In this document: positions 38,878-49,441 of the stretch, piece by piece | Layout of the letters: each line of letters opens with the position of its first letter | Position numbering within the stretch: position 1 is the first letter of the stretch | Notes under the pieces: generated by a model | What the model saw: the letters and a program-made list of their open reading frames with translations, nothing else | What the model was told of the DNA's origin: nothing | The model's database searches: none | Program-made: the position numbers and the translations under genes | Assembly: GCA_026991575.1 (NCBI GenBank) | Contig: JALXBF010000014.1 | Location: 11,467-75,466, forward strand | DNA from: Planctomycetota bacterium | GTDB lineage: Bacteria; Planctomycetota; Planctomycetia; JALXBF01 | DNA length: 64,000 bases | Direction: 5' to 3'

Positions 38878-41871
38878 TCACTTGCAACTCACCCAGATCG
38901 GGCTGGACCAGGCCAGCGCCCGGTTCGCCTGCTGGATGCGTACATAGTACATGTAATGCCTGCCCGCTTTGGCGTCCGTGTCGCGCCAGCGCAGATCGAC
39001 CGTAGGCTGATCGGGTTCGAAGCTGTACGCGTAGTGCGGCTGGCCGTCGTCGACCCGCCGGACGATATCGATCCGCACGATCGGACAGGTGCCGTGAGCA
39101 ATGATCCGCAGCTCCGGTTTACCTCGCACCTGCGTGACGTCACCCATGATCGCATTGCCGCAGCGGACGTCGAGCACGATGTTGTCTTGTGCTGCGTAGC
39201 AGTGGCGGCGTCGGAAGGCGTCGAGCACACCCTGGCGGCTCCGCTCCTCAGCCAGCACCACCGCATAGCTGATGTGCGTGCTCACGTGGTCACTGGAAGA
39301 CTGGAACCCGAGCCGGTAGCCTTTGGCGAGCGCGTTCCAGACGAAACCGTCCGGATGATACCCCTGGATCGCATCGTCCGGTCCTCGTGGTGCCATCGGT
39401 GCGTTGGGCTCCTCGTAGTTCTGGCGGTGCCCTTGGAAGATCTCCACGACCGGCTCGACCTCCGGGTCGTTATCGCGCCAGTCGGTGCCCATGTTGGTCG
39501 CACTGGTGTGCACGGCACAGATGCCGCCGAAGTGTTTCAGATAGCGGTATAGGTTCTGGACGTCCGGTGAGCCGGTTTCGGGTGTGCCGAACAGGTTGGC
39601 ACGCCCCAGCAGCCGCGGCAGGGTACGGATACCACGTTCGGCAAACATCACGTTGCGATGGCCGCTGGGGTAGACCACGCTCCGCTCGTACGTGAACATT
39701 GGCACAAAGCTCGGCGGGTTGTGGTACATGTCAATCTGTTTCTGGGTAAACCACCAGTTGTATTCCCGCTGCATCGCGTACGGGTAGTCATGGTCGCCGG
39801 GTCCAATCCAGTCCATGGCAGCCGCATCGTAGGCGTACCGCCACAGCTCCTCGAAGGGACCATCCCAGTCGCGGTGCGCGGACAGCTCTGTGTGGCGGTG
39901 AAACTCGCCCCGAAGCAACCGGTACTCCTTGCCCCCCACGCGCACCCGGTACTGGCGCATCCGCGCAACGTCGGCGGCTTCGTTCGGATGCACCGGTTCC
40001 ACTGCCGGGCCAGCGTGCGGGTCCACCGCGCGGAGCCCACCGGCAGCAGGAAGTTCCGGGACGTCGAGGAAACTGATGGCAAGATCGTTGTCCGCTGTTC
40101 CCGGTGCCGGACCACGATGATCGCTGGCGTAGACCAGCAGCATGCGATCGGCCACCGGCGCGACCGCTGGCCGGCGATCCAGCGTGTTGGCGCTGGCCGG
40201 CACGGTTCGCTCCTCAGACCAACGATCCCCGCCGTAGATCGACACGTAGCTGAACCATACCTCGCGTGACCCGCTGCGCAGCGGGTGCCGGCGGTAAAAA
40301 AGCCAAAGGCGGCCACCCGCATCCACGTGAAGCTCCGGGATGCTGATGCGGTGATCCAGTCGGGGTTTGATGCGGGGATCGTCAAAGAACGTAAACACCG
40401 GCTCGGAGCGGACGTCTTCGGCCGTTTGGTAGACCTTGCCGTCCACCACGCAGCGTACCAGGATGTTCCGCGTCCAGTAGAAAGGAACGCCCTTCGTGCC
40501 AGGCCATCGATCGCCGTAGTCCTTGGCCCAGTTCGGATCGCTGTCTTCAAACGCCACCCAGACGCGGCCCTGACGATCGACGGCTACGGAGGGCCGAGCT
40601 TCGTAACGGGCCGAAGCAGCAACCGGGACGATCTCCCCTAGCTTGCTGCCTGCCAGCGCACGGACGAACACGTCATAGTTGCCCGCGGCGTAGCTGTCCC
40701 ACGCAATCCAGAGCTTGCCGTCCGGCGCGGCGGCCAGGTCGGGGTACCAGTCGTTGGCAGGGGAGTCCGAGACGACGTACACGTTGCCCCCCTTGGGATC
40801 CGACACCGATGCCAGGAAAACGTCGAACTGCCCGTTGACGAAGCCCTGCCAGGCAGCCCACACGGAACCGTCCGTGCCACGGGTCGCAACCGCGACGTTA
40901 ATGTCCGAGCCGGGGTTGCTTGAGATCCGTTTCCGCGCACCCCAACGGCCTGTGCTCGGGTCGTAGGCTCGTGCGTAGATGTCCCAGTTGCCGTCGACGT
41001 TCTCGGACCAGACAACCCACACGCGGCCTTGGCCATCGACGGCCACCTGTGGCTTCCAGACATCCAGTCCGCCCTTCGTCACAGGCGGTACCTCACGCCA
41101 GAGGTCGTCGCGATAGAAGGCCAGCCGGATCTGATCGCCGTTGCCGCGGGTCACGAGCGATTCGAACTGGCCGCGCCGCACAGCGTCAAAATCGATCGGA
41201 TTACCGTGTTGGTACGCTACGTAGCAGACCCAGACGGTCCCGTCCTGGCCGACGGCGGCCGATGGGTAGTCCTCTTCGTCGCTTTGGTCGGCCACCCAGG
41301 CGTACAGGGGCAGGCGTCGTACGAGGGCGCTTCCGGCCAGGAACTGTCGTTCGGCTCCGACGCGCCCCACATCGCTCGGAGCAAACTCAAAGTCGCCCTG
41401 GGCCGTGCGGACGCGGACGCGAGCTGCTGCGGGGCGGTCGATGAGCAGCTCAAGCACGACGGGACGCGTCTGGCGCCGCCCCTTTTTCTTCCGCACCGTG
41501 GCCCGTCCAGTCCAGGCGTTTCCGTCCAGCTTGACGTTCGCCGACACGGGACGGATGCGCACGAGCTCACCGCTGGAGACCGTCACCGAGCCGGACCAAT
41601 CCTGAGCGGCATCCGGCACACGGCGGCCAAGGACCAGCCGCAGGCGAGCCATCTCGGGGTGGATCCTGAGCTCCCCGCCGGGCGGCTCACTCTGGTAAAG
41701 AGCATCAGCGGCTCGCTCGCTCCAGCGTGCCGCCAGGGTCACGACCAACAGTATGCCGACCGAGCCAACCACCAAACCAAGGTAGCGTTTCACGTTTTCC
41801 ACTCCGACAGCTCTCGCGGAGGTGCACACAAAGCCAGGGGAAAGAAAGAACGCCCCCCGGGCCAGTCGCAC
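38878..41871 (-). CDS. large membrane-anchored protein: N-terminal BNR/beta-propeller-like repeats plus a C-terminal PHP/DUF3604-like metal-dependent hydrolase-like region
   Basis: 997 aa. N-terminal TM anchor. Repeated W..W/DG blades (VWVVWSENVDGNWDIYARAY, WIAWDSYAAGNYDVFVRAL). C-terminal His-rich motifs (GEFHRHTELSAHRD, ICAVHTS, SSSDHVSTH) reminiscent of PHP-type metallohydrolases. Confidence 0.4.
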   Translation of the reverse strand: MRLARGAFFLSPGFVCTSARAVGVENVKRYLGLVVGSVGILLVVTLAARWSERAADALYQSEPPGGELRIHPEMARLRLVLGRRVPDAAQDWSGSVTVSSGELVRIRPVSANVKLDGNAWTGRATVRKKKGRRQTRPVVLELLIDRPAAARVRVRTAQGDFEFAPSDVGRVGAERQFLAGSALVRRLPLYAWVADQSDEEDYPSAAVGQDGTVWVCYVAYQHGNPIDFDAVRRGQFESLVTRGNGDQIRLAFYRDDLWREVPPVTKGGLDVWKPQVAVDGQGRVWVVWSENVDGNWDIYARAYDPSTGRWGARKRISSNPGSDINVAVATRGTDGSVWAAWQGFVNGQFDVFLASVSDPKGGNVYVVSDSPANDWYPDLAAAPDGKLWIAWDSYAAGNYDVFVRALAGSKLGEIVPVAASARYEARPSVAVDRQGRVWVAFEDSDPNWAKDYGDRWPGTKGVPFYWTRNILVRCVVDGKVYQTAEDVRSEPVFTFFDDPRIKPRLDHRISIPELHVDAGGRLWLFYRRHPLRSGSREVWFSYVSIYGGDRWSEERTVPASANTLDRRPAVAPVADRMLLVYASDHRGPAPGTADNDLAISFLDVPELPAAGGLRAVDPHAGPAVEPVHPNEAADVARMRQYRVRVGGKEYRLLRGEFHRHTELSAHRDWDGPFEELWRYAYDAAAMDWIGPGDHDYPYAMQREYNWWFTQKQIDMYHNPPSFVPMFTYERSVVYPSGHRNVMFAERGIRTLPRLLGRANLFGTPETGSPDVQNLYRYLKHFGGICAVHTSATNMGTDWRDNDPEVEPVVEIFQGHRQNYEEPNAPMAPRGPDDAIQGYHPDGFVWNALAKGYRLGFQSSSDHVSTHISYAVVLAEERSRQGVLDAFRRRHCYAAQDNIVLDVRCGNAIMGDVTQVRGKPELRIIAHGTCPIVRIDIVRRVDDGQPHYAYSFEPDQPTVDLRWRDTDAKAGRHYMYYVRIQQANRALAWSSPIWVSCK

Positions 41872-41900
41872 GCAGGACAGCCGCGTGGGGGGAACCGTAG

Positions 41901-42953
41901 CTACACGTCGAAGCCGTGCTGGCGTCGGTGGTAGGGGCCGTCGAACGCCTTGGTGGACTTAAACAGCTCGTGGCGGCCGTCGGTTGCCTCGTTGCGAACG
42001 CGGGCACGGAGAGCCTGCTTCTCGTCGAGGCTCATCGGCTTGAAGTTGCGGGCGATCTTGATGTCCTGCTCCAGGTCACGCATCGAGACGATGCCACAGA
42101 CGAGCGAGGAGATTGGCAAGCTCAGGGCGTAGCGGATGCATTCCTCGGCCGTTGCCACACCCCGCTCCACAAGACGGCCTTTCGGGTAGCCGCCTCCGAG
42201 CGACTTCATGCCGATGACACCAATGCCGCGCTGCAGGCAAATGGGCACGATCTCGTTCTGGAAACTGCGGTAATGGTAGTCCATGATGTTGATCGGCATC
42301 TGAGAGGTGTGCCAGTCGAAGTCCTTGGCCTGTTTGACGAGCTCCAGCATGCGGAGGTGGATACGGGGGTCCTTGTGGCCGGTGAATCCCACGTAGCGGA
42401 CCTTGCCCTCCTTGAGCGCCTCCATCGCAGCCCGGAAGCCACCTTTCTCAAAAATCCAATCCGGGTCGTTGTCGTAAACCAGCTCGTGGAACTGCCAGAG
42501 GTCAATGTAGTCGGTGCGGAAACGTCGCAGGCTATCTTCCAGACACTTCTTGGACCCGCGGTAGTCGCGGTTGCAATTCTTGGTCATGAGGAAAACTTTG
42601 TCGCGCCGTCCCTGAAGCGCCTTGCCCATCACCTCCTCGGAATAGCCCATCTGGTAATCCCAGCAGTTATCCCAGAAGGTGATACCCTCGTCCAGGGCGC
42701 GGTGCATGATCCGGATCGCCTCACGCTCCCCATGCACCTGGGCGCAGCGTCCGATGTGCCAGCCGCCCAGGCAAATGATGGAGACGCGCTCGCCCGTGCG
42801 GCCAAGCGGCCGGGTGGGGATGCCCGTTGCGGCACCGTCGTCCTGAGCCAGCAGGATGGCATCGGCAGCGGAAAGGGACGCCGCGGCCGCAGCCGCAGCC
42901 GTTCCGGTGGCCAGTCGCAAGAAGTCTCGCCGGTTGGCTTTTTGCCTGAGCAT
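41901..42953 (-). CDS. aldo/keto reductase with a Tat signal
   Basis: ATG at 42953 followed by NRRDFLRLATGTAAAAAA (twin-arginine). AKR core (GTWHIG..., ITFWDNC, KVRYVGFTGHKDP). Confidence 0.8.
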   Translation of the reverse strand: MLRQKANRRDFLRLATGTAAAAAAASLSAADAILLAQDDGAATGIPTRPLGRTGERVSIICLGGWHIGRCAQVHGEREAIRIMHRALDEGITFWDNCWDYQMGYSEEVMGKALQGRRDKVFLMTKNCNRDYRGSKKCLEDSLRRFRTDYIDLWQFHELVYDNDPDWIFEKGGFRAAMEALKEGKVRYVGFTGHKDPRIHLRMLELVKQAKDFDWHTSQMPINIMDYHYRSFQNEIVPICLQRGIGVIGMKSLGGGYPKGRLVERGVATAEECIRYALSLPISSLVCGIVSMRDLEQDIKIARNFKPMSLDEKQALRARVRNEATDGRHELFKSTKAFDGPYHRRQHGFDV

Positions 42954-43273
42954 GGTTGTGTGCCTCCGCAGGGCGTACTCCAGGCTCCGGTTGTCGATTC
43001 TCGCGCCTGCTACCGGCCATGTCAAGTACGTGCCGCACGCCGCGTCGGGGGCAGCCGTTGCGTCGGGCGCGTGGGACCAGTTCGCAAGCGGCGACGATAA
43101 CCCCTCGCTTGCAGGCGACCGGGGTCAAAGCCCACCCGCGCGATCCGGATGCTCACCCGCAGCCCCGACCGTACGGCAAAACACAGTACTCGCGGTCGTC
43201 CGCGATCACGCGGCTCGGCCGAGGGAGACAATCCGGCGTGCAACGTAGCGGGACGAGCGGGAGCAGCAGCATG

Positions 43274-43306
43274 CAACACGGCCGATCGGGACGATCGGCC
43301 GTGTTG
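43274..43306. terminator. perfect 14-bp inverted repeat with a 5-nt loop (caacacggccgatc-gggac-gatcggccgtgttg)
   Basis: Seen directly in the sequence. It sits ~75 nt downstream of the korB stop (minus strand) and ~320 nt upstream of the AKR gene start. No U-tract follows. Confidence 0.3.
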
Positions 43307-43378
43307 AGTGGCGGCAAGGGCTGTGTACGGGCCCAGGTGCCCGCGGCCAGTCTCGGATTGGGGGGGACACGTGACGGC

Positions 43379-44269
43379 TTACAGGAACGAGTCGATCAGA
43401 CGCTGTAGACGCTCGTTGTCATCCAGCCCATCGGCCCGCATCTTGTCGATCCGCTCCTGAAGCAGTTCCTCATACGTGGGCCGCTCGTTACGGTAGAAGA
43501 CGCCGAGCCAGATGGTGGACGTGTCCAGCGCGCGGGCAAAGGCGGCCTGACGATCGGTCGGGTCGTGGTCATCGGGTAGCTGGCGCACTTGCTTCGACCA
43601 GATCTTGTACGTGTTGTAGAACGTCGTGCACGGCGACATGGCCTGGACGACGGCAAAGCCGGGATGACTGAGGGCCTGCTTGATGATCTGAGTGGTCGTC
43701 TTGGGACTGCCGGCGTAGACGCGGGCGATGAAGCTGACGTTGTAGGCGACGAGCATGGCGATCGGATTGAGCGGTTCTTCGACGGCCGGCCACTGAGGCG
43801 TACTCTTGCCGGCGAGCCCCTGGGGCGAGGTCGGCGAGACCTGGCCCTTGGTCAGGCCGTAGATCTCGTTGTCGAAGATGATGTAGGTCATGTTCGGGTT
43901 GCGGCGAGCAGCGTGTGGGATGTGGCCGCCGCCGATGCTGAAGCCGTCACCGTCACCCCCCATCACGATGACGTTCAGCTCGGGGTTTGCCTCCTTGACG
44001 CCCAGGGCCGTTGGCAGCGCACGGCCGTGCACGCCATGAAAGCCGTACACTCCCAGGTAGGCTGCCACGCGCCCCGAGCAGCCGATGCCCGAGACGATCA
44101 CGGTGTTGTGCCGCTGGATATGGGGAGATTCTTTCAGGGCGATGCGGATTGCGTTCAGCAACGCATAGTCGCCACAACCCGGGCACCATACTGGTTCGAT
44201 CGCGCCACGAAAATCGAACCGCTCTTCGGGCTGCTCGAGTTTTTCGGGCCGAGTCACCGTCGCGGCCAT
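43379..44269 (-). CDS. korB: 2-oxoacid:ferredoxin oxidoreductase, beta (TPP-binding) subunit
   Basis: CPGCGD Cys motif, TPP-binding GDG region (MGGDGDGFSIGGGH) and the family-typical C-terminus. Confidence 0.85.
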   Translation of the reverse strand: MAATVTRPEKLEQPEERFDFRGAIEPVWCPGCGDYALLNAIRIALKESPHIQRHNTVIVSGIGCSGRVAAYLGVYGFHGVHGRALPTALGVKEANPELNVIVMGGDGDGFSIGGGHIPHAARRNPNMTYIIFDNEIYGLTKGQVSPTSPQGLAGKSTPQWPAVEEPLNPIAMLVAYNVSFIARVYAGSPKTTTQIIKQALSHPGFAVVQAMSPCTTFYNTYKIWSKQVRQLPDDHDPTDRQAAFARALDTSTIWLGVFYRNERPTYEELLQERIDKMRADGLDDNERLQRLIDSFL

Positions 44270-44322
44270 TGCTGATCACCTCACCATTGGTTGCCATCGA
44301 TTGCCGCTGTGGACCTACTAGG

Positions 44323-46098
44323 TTATCGCACCGCGTCCTTGATACCGTCGAGGATTTCTTGCGGTGTGAACGGCGTACCGCTCACTTTGGTCAGTCGCAC
44401 CGGCTCAACGCCTAGCCGTGCCTGCAGCAACTGGGCAAACTGGCCCGTGAAGTTGATCTCCGGCACGAGCACCCGCCTGACGCCGCTGATGAACTGGGCG
44501 AGCTCCTTTTCGGGCAGTGGGCTGAGCACGCGGGTGTGCGCGAAGGCGACCTTCAGTCCGGCAGCCTGAGCCTGGGCGACCGCTTCACGGATCACCCCCT
44601 CGGTCGACCCCCAGCTGATGACGCCCACGTCTGCGCCGTCCGGGTCGCCGTAGATCGACACCCAGTCGTCGCCCTTGAACTTGGCGTAGGCGCTCTCCAG
44701 CTTTCGGAACCGCTTGTGAGACATCGCCGTGTGCACTTCGGGCGTGTAGTTCGGGGCACCGTATTCGTCGTGCTCCAGGCCGGTGGCCACAAAGTAGGTG
44801 CCCTTCATGCCAGGAATGGCCGTCGGAGAGATCCCGCTCATGGTGATCTGGTAACGGGGGAAGAGCTTGCGGCCGTTGCCGTTCTCGGGTGCTTCCTCAG
44901 CGACTAAGCGGTTCACAACCGGCAGTGCTGTAGGATCCGGTCGCGCCACGGTTGCCTTGCGGTTCGAAAGGTTCGCGTCACTGAGGATGATGCATGGCCC
45001 CTGCGTATATTCGGCCAGGTTGAAGGCACGGATGGTGGTGTAGAACGCATCACGCACGCTGGACGGTGCGACCACAACCCGCGGCGCATCACCGTGACCA
45101 CCGTAGAGCGCCAGATTCAGATCGCTCTGTTCGGTCTTTGTCGGCATGCCGGTCGAGGGGCCGGCCCGCTGGATGTCCGCAATGACCACGGGCACTTCGG
45201 TCATGACCGCCAGTCCGATCAGCTCGATCATCAGCGACAGGCCAGGCCCGCTGCTGGCAGTCATCGCCTTGACACCGGCCACCGAGGCTCCGATGCAGGA
45301 AGCCAGCGCAGCAATCTCATCTTCCATCTGCAGGACGCGGCCACCGAACTTCGGTAGCTCACGCATCATGAACTCCAGAATCGTCGACGCCGGCGTGATC
45401 GGGTAGCCAGCGAAGAAGCGGCAGCCGGCGGCGATCGCGCCCAGACTGATCGCTTCGTTGCCGTTGAGCACCATGCGTTCCGGCTTGCCGATGGTCTTCA
45501 GCCGGGCGACGGGCTGCATCTTCAGCTCATCGAGCACGTACTGGGCCCCAAACTGAACGCAGGCGAAGTTCTTCTGGACGATCTCCTCGCTCTTGGCCGC
45601 GTACTTTTGCTGGATCATGGCCCGGATAACGTCCAGGTCCATCTCCAGCAGGGCGGCCACGGCCCCAAGCCCGACCATGTTCTTGGCCAGCGGGAAGCGG
45701 ACCCGTTCGCGTGCGATGCTGGTCATGGGCACGGGCACCAGCGTCAGCTGGCGAGACGGCTGGGGTTCGTAGCTGTCTGCGTCAAAGACGACGACGCCGT
45801 GATCAACCAGCAGCTTCTCGTTCTTGTCGAAGCCTTCCGCGTCGAACGCCAGCAGGATGCTGACGTTGTTGCCCTGGCTGAGCAGTTCGCCGTCGGCGAC
45901 GCGGAGCTGATACCAGGCCTGGCCCCCCTTGATCTCGGCCGGGTTGGTCTGGAACGTGTAGATGTCGTAGCCGATGCGTGAGGCGGCCAGCGTGAGCATT
46001 TCGCCCGTGGTCATGATGCCGGGCGTGGTGCCCGTGTCGCCTGCCACGCCCACAACGACATCCACCGTGTAGCTGAGTACTTCGGTTGCGACGGCCAT
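44323..46098 (-). CDS. korA: 2-oxoacid:ferredoxin oxidoreductase, alpha subunit
   Basis: 591 aa with the KorA/PorA-like pattern (GYPITPAS, MEDEIAALA..IGAS.AG..AMTASSGPG). It is immediately upstream of korB on the same strand. Confidence 0.85.
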   Translation of the reverse strand: MAVATEVLSYTVDVVVGVAGDTGTTPGIMTTGEMLTLAASRIGYDIYTFQTNPAEIKGGQAWYQLRVADGELLSQGNNVSILLAFDAEGFDKNEKLLVDHGVVVFDADSYEPQPSRQLTLVPVPMTSIARERVRFPLAKNMVGLGAVAALLEMDLDVIRAMIQQKYAAKSEEIVQKNFACVQFGAQYVLDELKMQPVARLKTIGKPERMVLNGNEAISLGAIAAGCRFFAGYPITPASTILEFMMRELPKFGGRVLQMEDEIAALASCIGASVAGVKAMTASSGPGLSLMIELIGLAVMTEVPVVIADIQRAGPSTGMPTKTEQSDLNLALYGGHGDAPRVVVAPSSVRDAFYTTIRAFNLAEYTQGPCIILSDANLSNRKATVARPDPTALPVVNRLVAEEAPENGNGRKLFPRYQITMSGISPTAIPGMKGTYFVATGLEHDEYGAPNYTPEVHTAMSHKRFRKLESAYAKFKGDDWVSIYGDPDGADVGVISWGSTEGVIREAVAQAQAAGLKVAFAHTRVLSPLPEKELAQFISGVRRVLVPEINFTGQFAQLLQARLGVEPVRLTKVSGTPFTPQEILDGIKDAVR

Positions 46099-46539
46099 GG
46101 TCTCTCTCCAACGCTTGCTGCCTCGTTGCGGTCCGGACGCCGCGGTGAGGCAACACGGTCAGGCGGGAACCAGCAGCAGTTGGGACACGGACCTGACGCG
46201 GTGGTAGGCAAACCTCTTCCTGTCCGGGTTTCTGTTCCTCTATGCAAATGTTATGCCTAATTCGGCAGCGTGCGCGGAGGCGTGCGGGTTGGTGGTGGCG
46301 CTGAGCTGGGCCAGGTGCGCTATCCGCTGTTTTTGGAACACGTTGCGCCAGAGCCGGCGGCCCTTCGGCCCAGCGTTCGCCGCCACACGCCACGACCGCG
46401 CCGCAATGTTCGGGCCAGCATCCGGCCTGGCAGAGTGCGGCGCATGCGCTGCAGAGCGGCGCTTGTGTTGCATGGACGACCGTGCCAGCGTCCGCCGCAG
46501 ACATGTTACAGCCGCGCGGCAGCGGTGCCCCCGGCCCGC

Positions 46540-48450
46540 TCACAGCACGCGCGCCAGCCACCACGTCAGCCACACCAGGAACCCAACCAGCAGCCACGCA
46601 AACGCAAAACCACCGACGTCCAGCACCGTGAACCGCGGGATCTGCAGCCCGTAACGACTCACCAACAGCGGCTGCGGCGGCTCCGGATCTTCAGGCAACG
46701 CACACGGGCCCGGCACCCGCTCACCGGCACGCACCGGCGTCCGCAGCAGCAGGAAGAACCGCTCCAGCTTCTCAGTCGCCACCGGCCGCGTCAGCAGGCT
46801 CGTCACCAGCCCCGACACCAACCCGGCCGTCATGTACAGGAACATCTGCCACTTGTCGGCGATCTTCGTCGGACTCGTGAACATGAACTCCGGCAGGAAC
46901 CACCAGCGCTCCGGGAAGTAAACCAATCCAGCCCACACAGCGATCGTCGTGAAGGTCGAAACCCAGACGGCCGCCGGCGTCCAGCGTTTCCAGACCACGC
47001 CGACCCACCAGCTGATGCCGATGGCTGCCGGCCACTTCAGCACGACCTTCAGCGCATCGATCACGTCGCTGAAGGTCGCTTGCAGCGCCAGCGCCAGCAG
47101 CACGATGACCAGCCCTGCGATGCGTCCGACCCACAAGTAGTGCCTCTGCGAACGGCCTGGTACCAGGAATCGCCGGTAGATGTTCTCGGTGAACAGCCCG
47201 CTGGCGGTGATCATCTGAGCGTCGCAGGTGCTCATGACCGCCGCCAGTAACGAAGCCAGCAGCAGCCCGACCAGGCCCGGACCGATCGTCGGCAACAGCT
47301 CGTAGGCGGCTCGGCCAAAGAGCTCATCGGCAAACGCCCGATCGAACCGCTCATCGAACGGGACCTTTCCCGGCTCGGCACCGGGGACGTCCGGCGTCAG
47401 TCGCTGGCGGACGTCGTCCGGCAGGGGGGACAGTTCCGGATGCAGGTACCAGACAATGCATGCCAGCGCGGTAAAGGTCCACGCGATCGTGCAGAAGCGC
47501 TTCAGGAAGTTGCCGTAGCAGAAGCCGACACGACCGTCCAGCTCGGTCCGGCCCGACCCGCACACCCCCATGATGTGCGGCTGGACGACGATCCCGGCCA
47601 GGGCGGTAACCGAGAGCATGAACACGTAGAAGGCGTCGAGCGGTTCGCGGCCCAGCCGACGTGCGATTTCCCCGGAGGCGAACAGGTTGAACATGTCCTC
47701 CTTGCCGGGGATCTCGTACGTGTGCAGCGCGCCGAAGCCGCCGATCTGCTGGAACACGAATGGCAACAGGAGGAATGAGAAAACGATCGTCAGGATGCCC
47801 TGGATCAGATCGGTCAGAATGGCCGCCCCCAGGCCCCCGGCCATGCCGTAGAGCACAAACAGCACGGTCATGGCCAGGATCGCGAACTCATAGCCCTGCA
47901 TCGTGCGCCACCCGGTCACCACCCGCTGCTCGTGCGGGTCCCAGTGGAACTCGGGTACCTGGATGTTCAGCTCTTCGGCAAGACGCTGCAGCTGGCCTCC
48001 GGTGAGCGCGTTGACCATCTTGCCACTGCCGTACAGGCCGCTGGCGATGATGGTGATCGAGATCGTGATCCCGAAGATGGAGTAGAGCGTGGCGGTGGAC
48101 GTGTCGAAGCGGGCCTCGAAGAAGTCGCTGGTCGTGATCGCTCGCATTCTCCGGATGATCGGCGCGACCATCCAGTAGAAGGGGGTGGACCAGAGCCAGA
48201 GGAACTGCCACCAGATACCCGGCAGCCCGGCGCGCCACGTGCCGGCCACGACACTGATGGCCTGGTCGCTGCTGGTGCCGGCCCCGAAGGCGAAGAAGAT
48301 CAGGAACGCCTTGCCGAAGCGGCGCCCGCCCATGAAGTAATCGACCATGTTCTTCACCCGCCGGTGGCTCCAGACACCCAGCGCGGTGACGCCGATCAGG
48401 TAGGCCAGTAGCAGCAACCAATCAGCCCAGTGCAGACCAAGCCAGCTCAT
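46540..48450 (-). CDS. sodium:solute symporter family (SSF) transporter
   Basis: 636 aa, at least 13 TM helices. SSF-like N-terminal region (YFMGGRRFGK..FAFGAGTSS). Confidence 0.8.
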   Translation of the reverse strand: MSWLGLHWADWLLLLAYLIGVTALGVWSHRRVKNMVDYFMGGRRFGKAFLIFFAFGAGTSSDQAISVVAGTWRAGLPGIWWQFLWLWSTPFYWMVAPIIRRMRAITTSDFFEARFDTSTATLYSIFGITISITIIASGLYGSGKMVNALTGGQLQRLAEELNIQVPEFHWDPHEQRVVTGWRTMQGYEFAILAMTVLFVLYGMAGGLGAAILTDLIQGILTIVFSFLLLPFVFQQIGGFGALHTYEIPGKEDMFNLFASGEIARRLGREPLDAFYVFMLSVTALAGIVVQPHIMGVCGSGRTELDGRVGFCYGNFLKRFCTIAWTFTALACIVWYLHPELSPLPDDVRQRLTPDVPGAEPGKVPFDERFDRAFADELFGRAAYELLPTIGPGLVGLLLASLLAAVMSTCDAQMITASGLFTENIYRRFLVPGRSQRHYLWVGRIAGLVIVLLALALQATFSDVIDALKVVLKWPAAIGISWWVGVVWKRWTPAAVWVSTFTTIAVWAGLVYFPERWWFLPEFMFTSPTKIADKWQMFLYMTAGLVSGLVTSLLTRPVATEKLERFFLLLRTPVRAGERVPGPCALPEDPEPPQPLLVSRYGLQIPRFTVLDVGGFAFAWLLVGFLVWLTWWLARVL

Positions 48451-48481
48451 CGCGAAGCCTTTGCTCCCGGGGTGAAACTCC

Positions 48482-49441
48482 TCAACGTCGTTGTGCGTGC
48501 CACTCGCGCACGAAGCGGGCGTTCATTCCCACCTGGTCTTCAAACTCCTGGAACATGCCCACGATCATCGCGTCGGTCGGTTTGATCGCATCAAGCGTCT
48601 GGTGGAGTGTACGGCGGACGCTGTCGGGCGTGAGGCTGACGCGGCCAGCCGCCAGCACTTTGTAGACCAGGCAAGGCTTGCCGACGGCGCGCACGGTCTG
48701 GAGTGCTCGCTGCCGATCGCTTGGCAGGTAGACCTCACCAAGCGGCACCTCGCCGAGCCGCCTGCGCAGTTCGTCACGCGGCCGGGTCAGGTAGTAGAGC
48801 GCGACCATGTAGTAGTCCACATCCCAGTCTTCCTCTTCGGCCTGGGCAACAAGGGTCGGGTCATGGGCGCTGAGACCGACCAGCACGCCCGTATCGCGGA
48901 TCCGCTTTAGCAGGTCACGCAGTCGGGTCAGTTGCCCGCGGCGACGTAGCCGTTCGGCCAGCGCCCCGTGGGGCGCGATGCCGATCGGGCCCTCGGCCGC
49001 CGCCCGCTCGATGAGTTCCGGCCGCCGGTCCCAGTCCGGCTTGCCCAGCAAAAGCCAGTGGAACCGCAGCCCGGCTTCCCGGCAGCGACGGACGTCCTGC
49101 ACGGTGCGTTCCGCGTAGCTGTTTTGCCAGCAGTTGATGCCGCAGTGGACGGCATGCCGCACCAGTGCCAGCACGCGGTCCGGCGTATGGTACTCGCGCA
49201 GGTGTTGGCTGTAGAGCCGATTGAAGTGCGAGTAGCCGTAGATCGGGTTGCCGCCGAGGATCAGTCGGCTGATACGATGGGGTCCCAGAGCGATGGTCGG
49301 CAAGGAGTCGGGGGTTTGTCTGGAGTCGGCCAGAGTAGGCTGATGGACCGTTGCGCCGGCCAGGACGACAGCCGCGGATGATGCGGACGAGACGCCGGCT
49401 GCCAGGAACTTGCGTCGTGTCGGTCGTTGCCGGTTGCTCAT
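48482..49441 (-). CDS. hypothetical Tat-signal protein (possible TIM-barrel enzyme)
   Basis: N-terminal RRKFLAAGVSSASSAAV twin-arginine signal. No confident family assignment. Confidence 0.45.
   Translation of the reverse strand: MSNRQRPTRRKFLAAGVSSASSAAVVLAGATVHQPTLADSRQTPDSLPTIALGPHRISRLILGGNPIYGYSHFNRLYSQHLREYHTPDRVLALVRHAVHCGINCWQNSYAERTVQDVRRCREAGLRFHWLLLGKPDWDRRPELIERAAAEGPIGIAPHGALAERLRRRGQLTRLRDLLKRIRDTGVLVGLSAHDPTLVAQAEEEDWDVDYYMVALYYLTRPRDELRRRLGEVPLGEVYLPSDRQRALQTVRAVGKPCLVYKVLAAGRVSLTPDSVRRTLHQTLDAIKPTDAMIVGMFQEFEDQVGMNARFVREWHAQRR

Noticed and set aside
46099-46539. 440-bp intergenic region upstream of korAB; TGGAAC-N-TTGCGC looked sigma-54-like
   Set aside because: The spacing between the GG and GC elements is 2 nt short of the -24/-12 consensus. 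The motif is on the wrong strand for the minus-strand korA.
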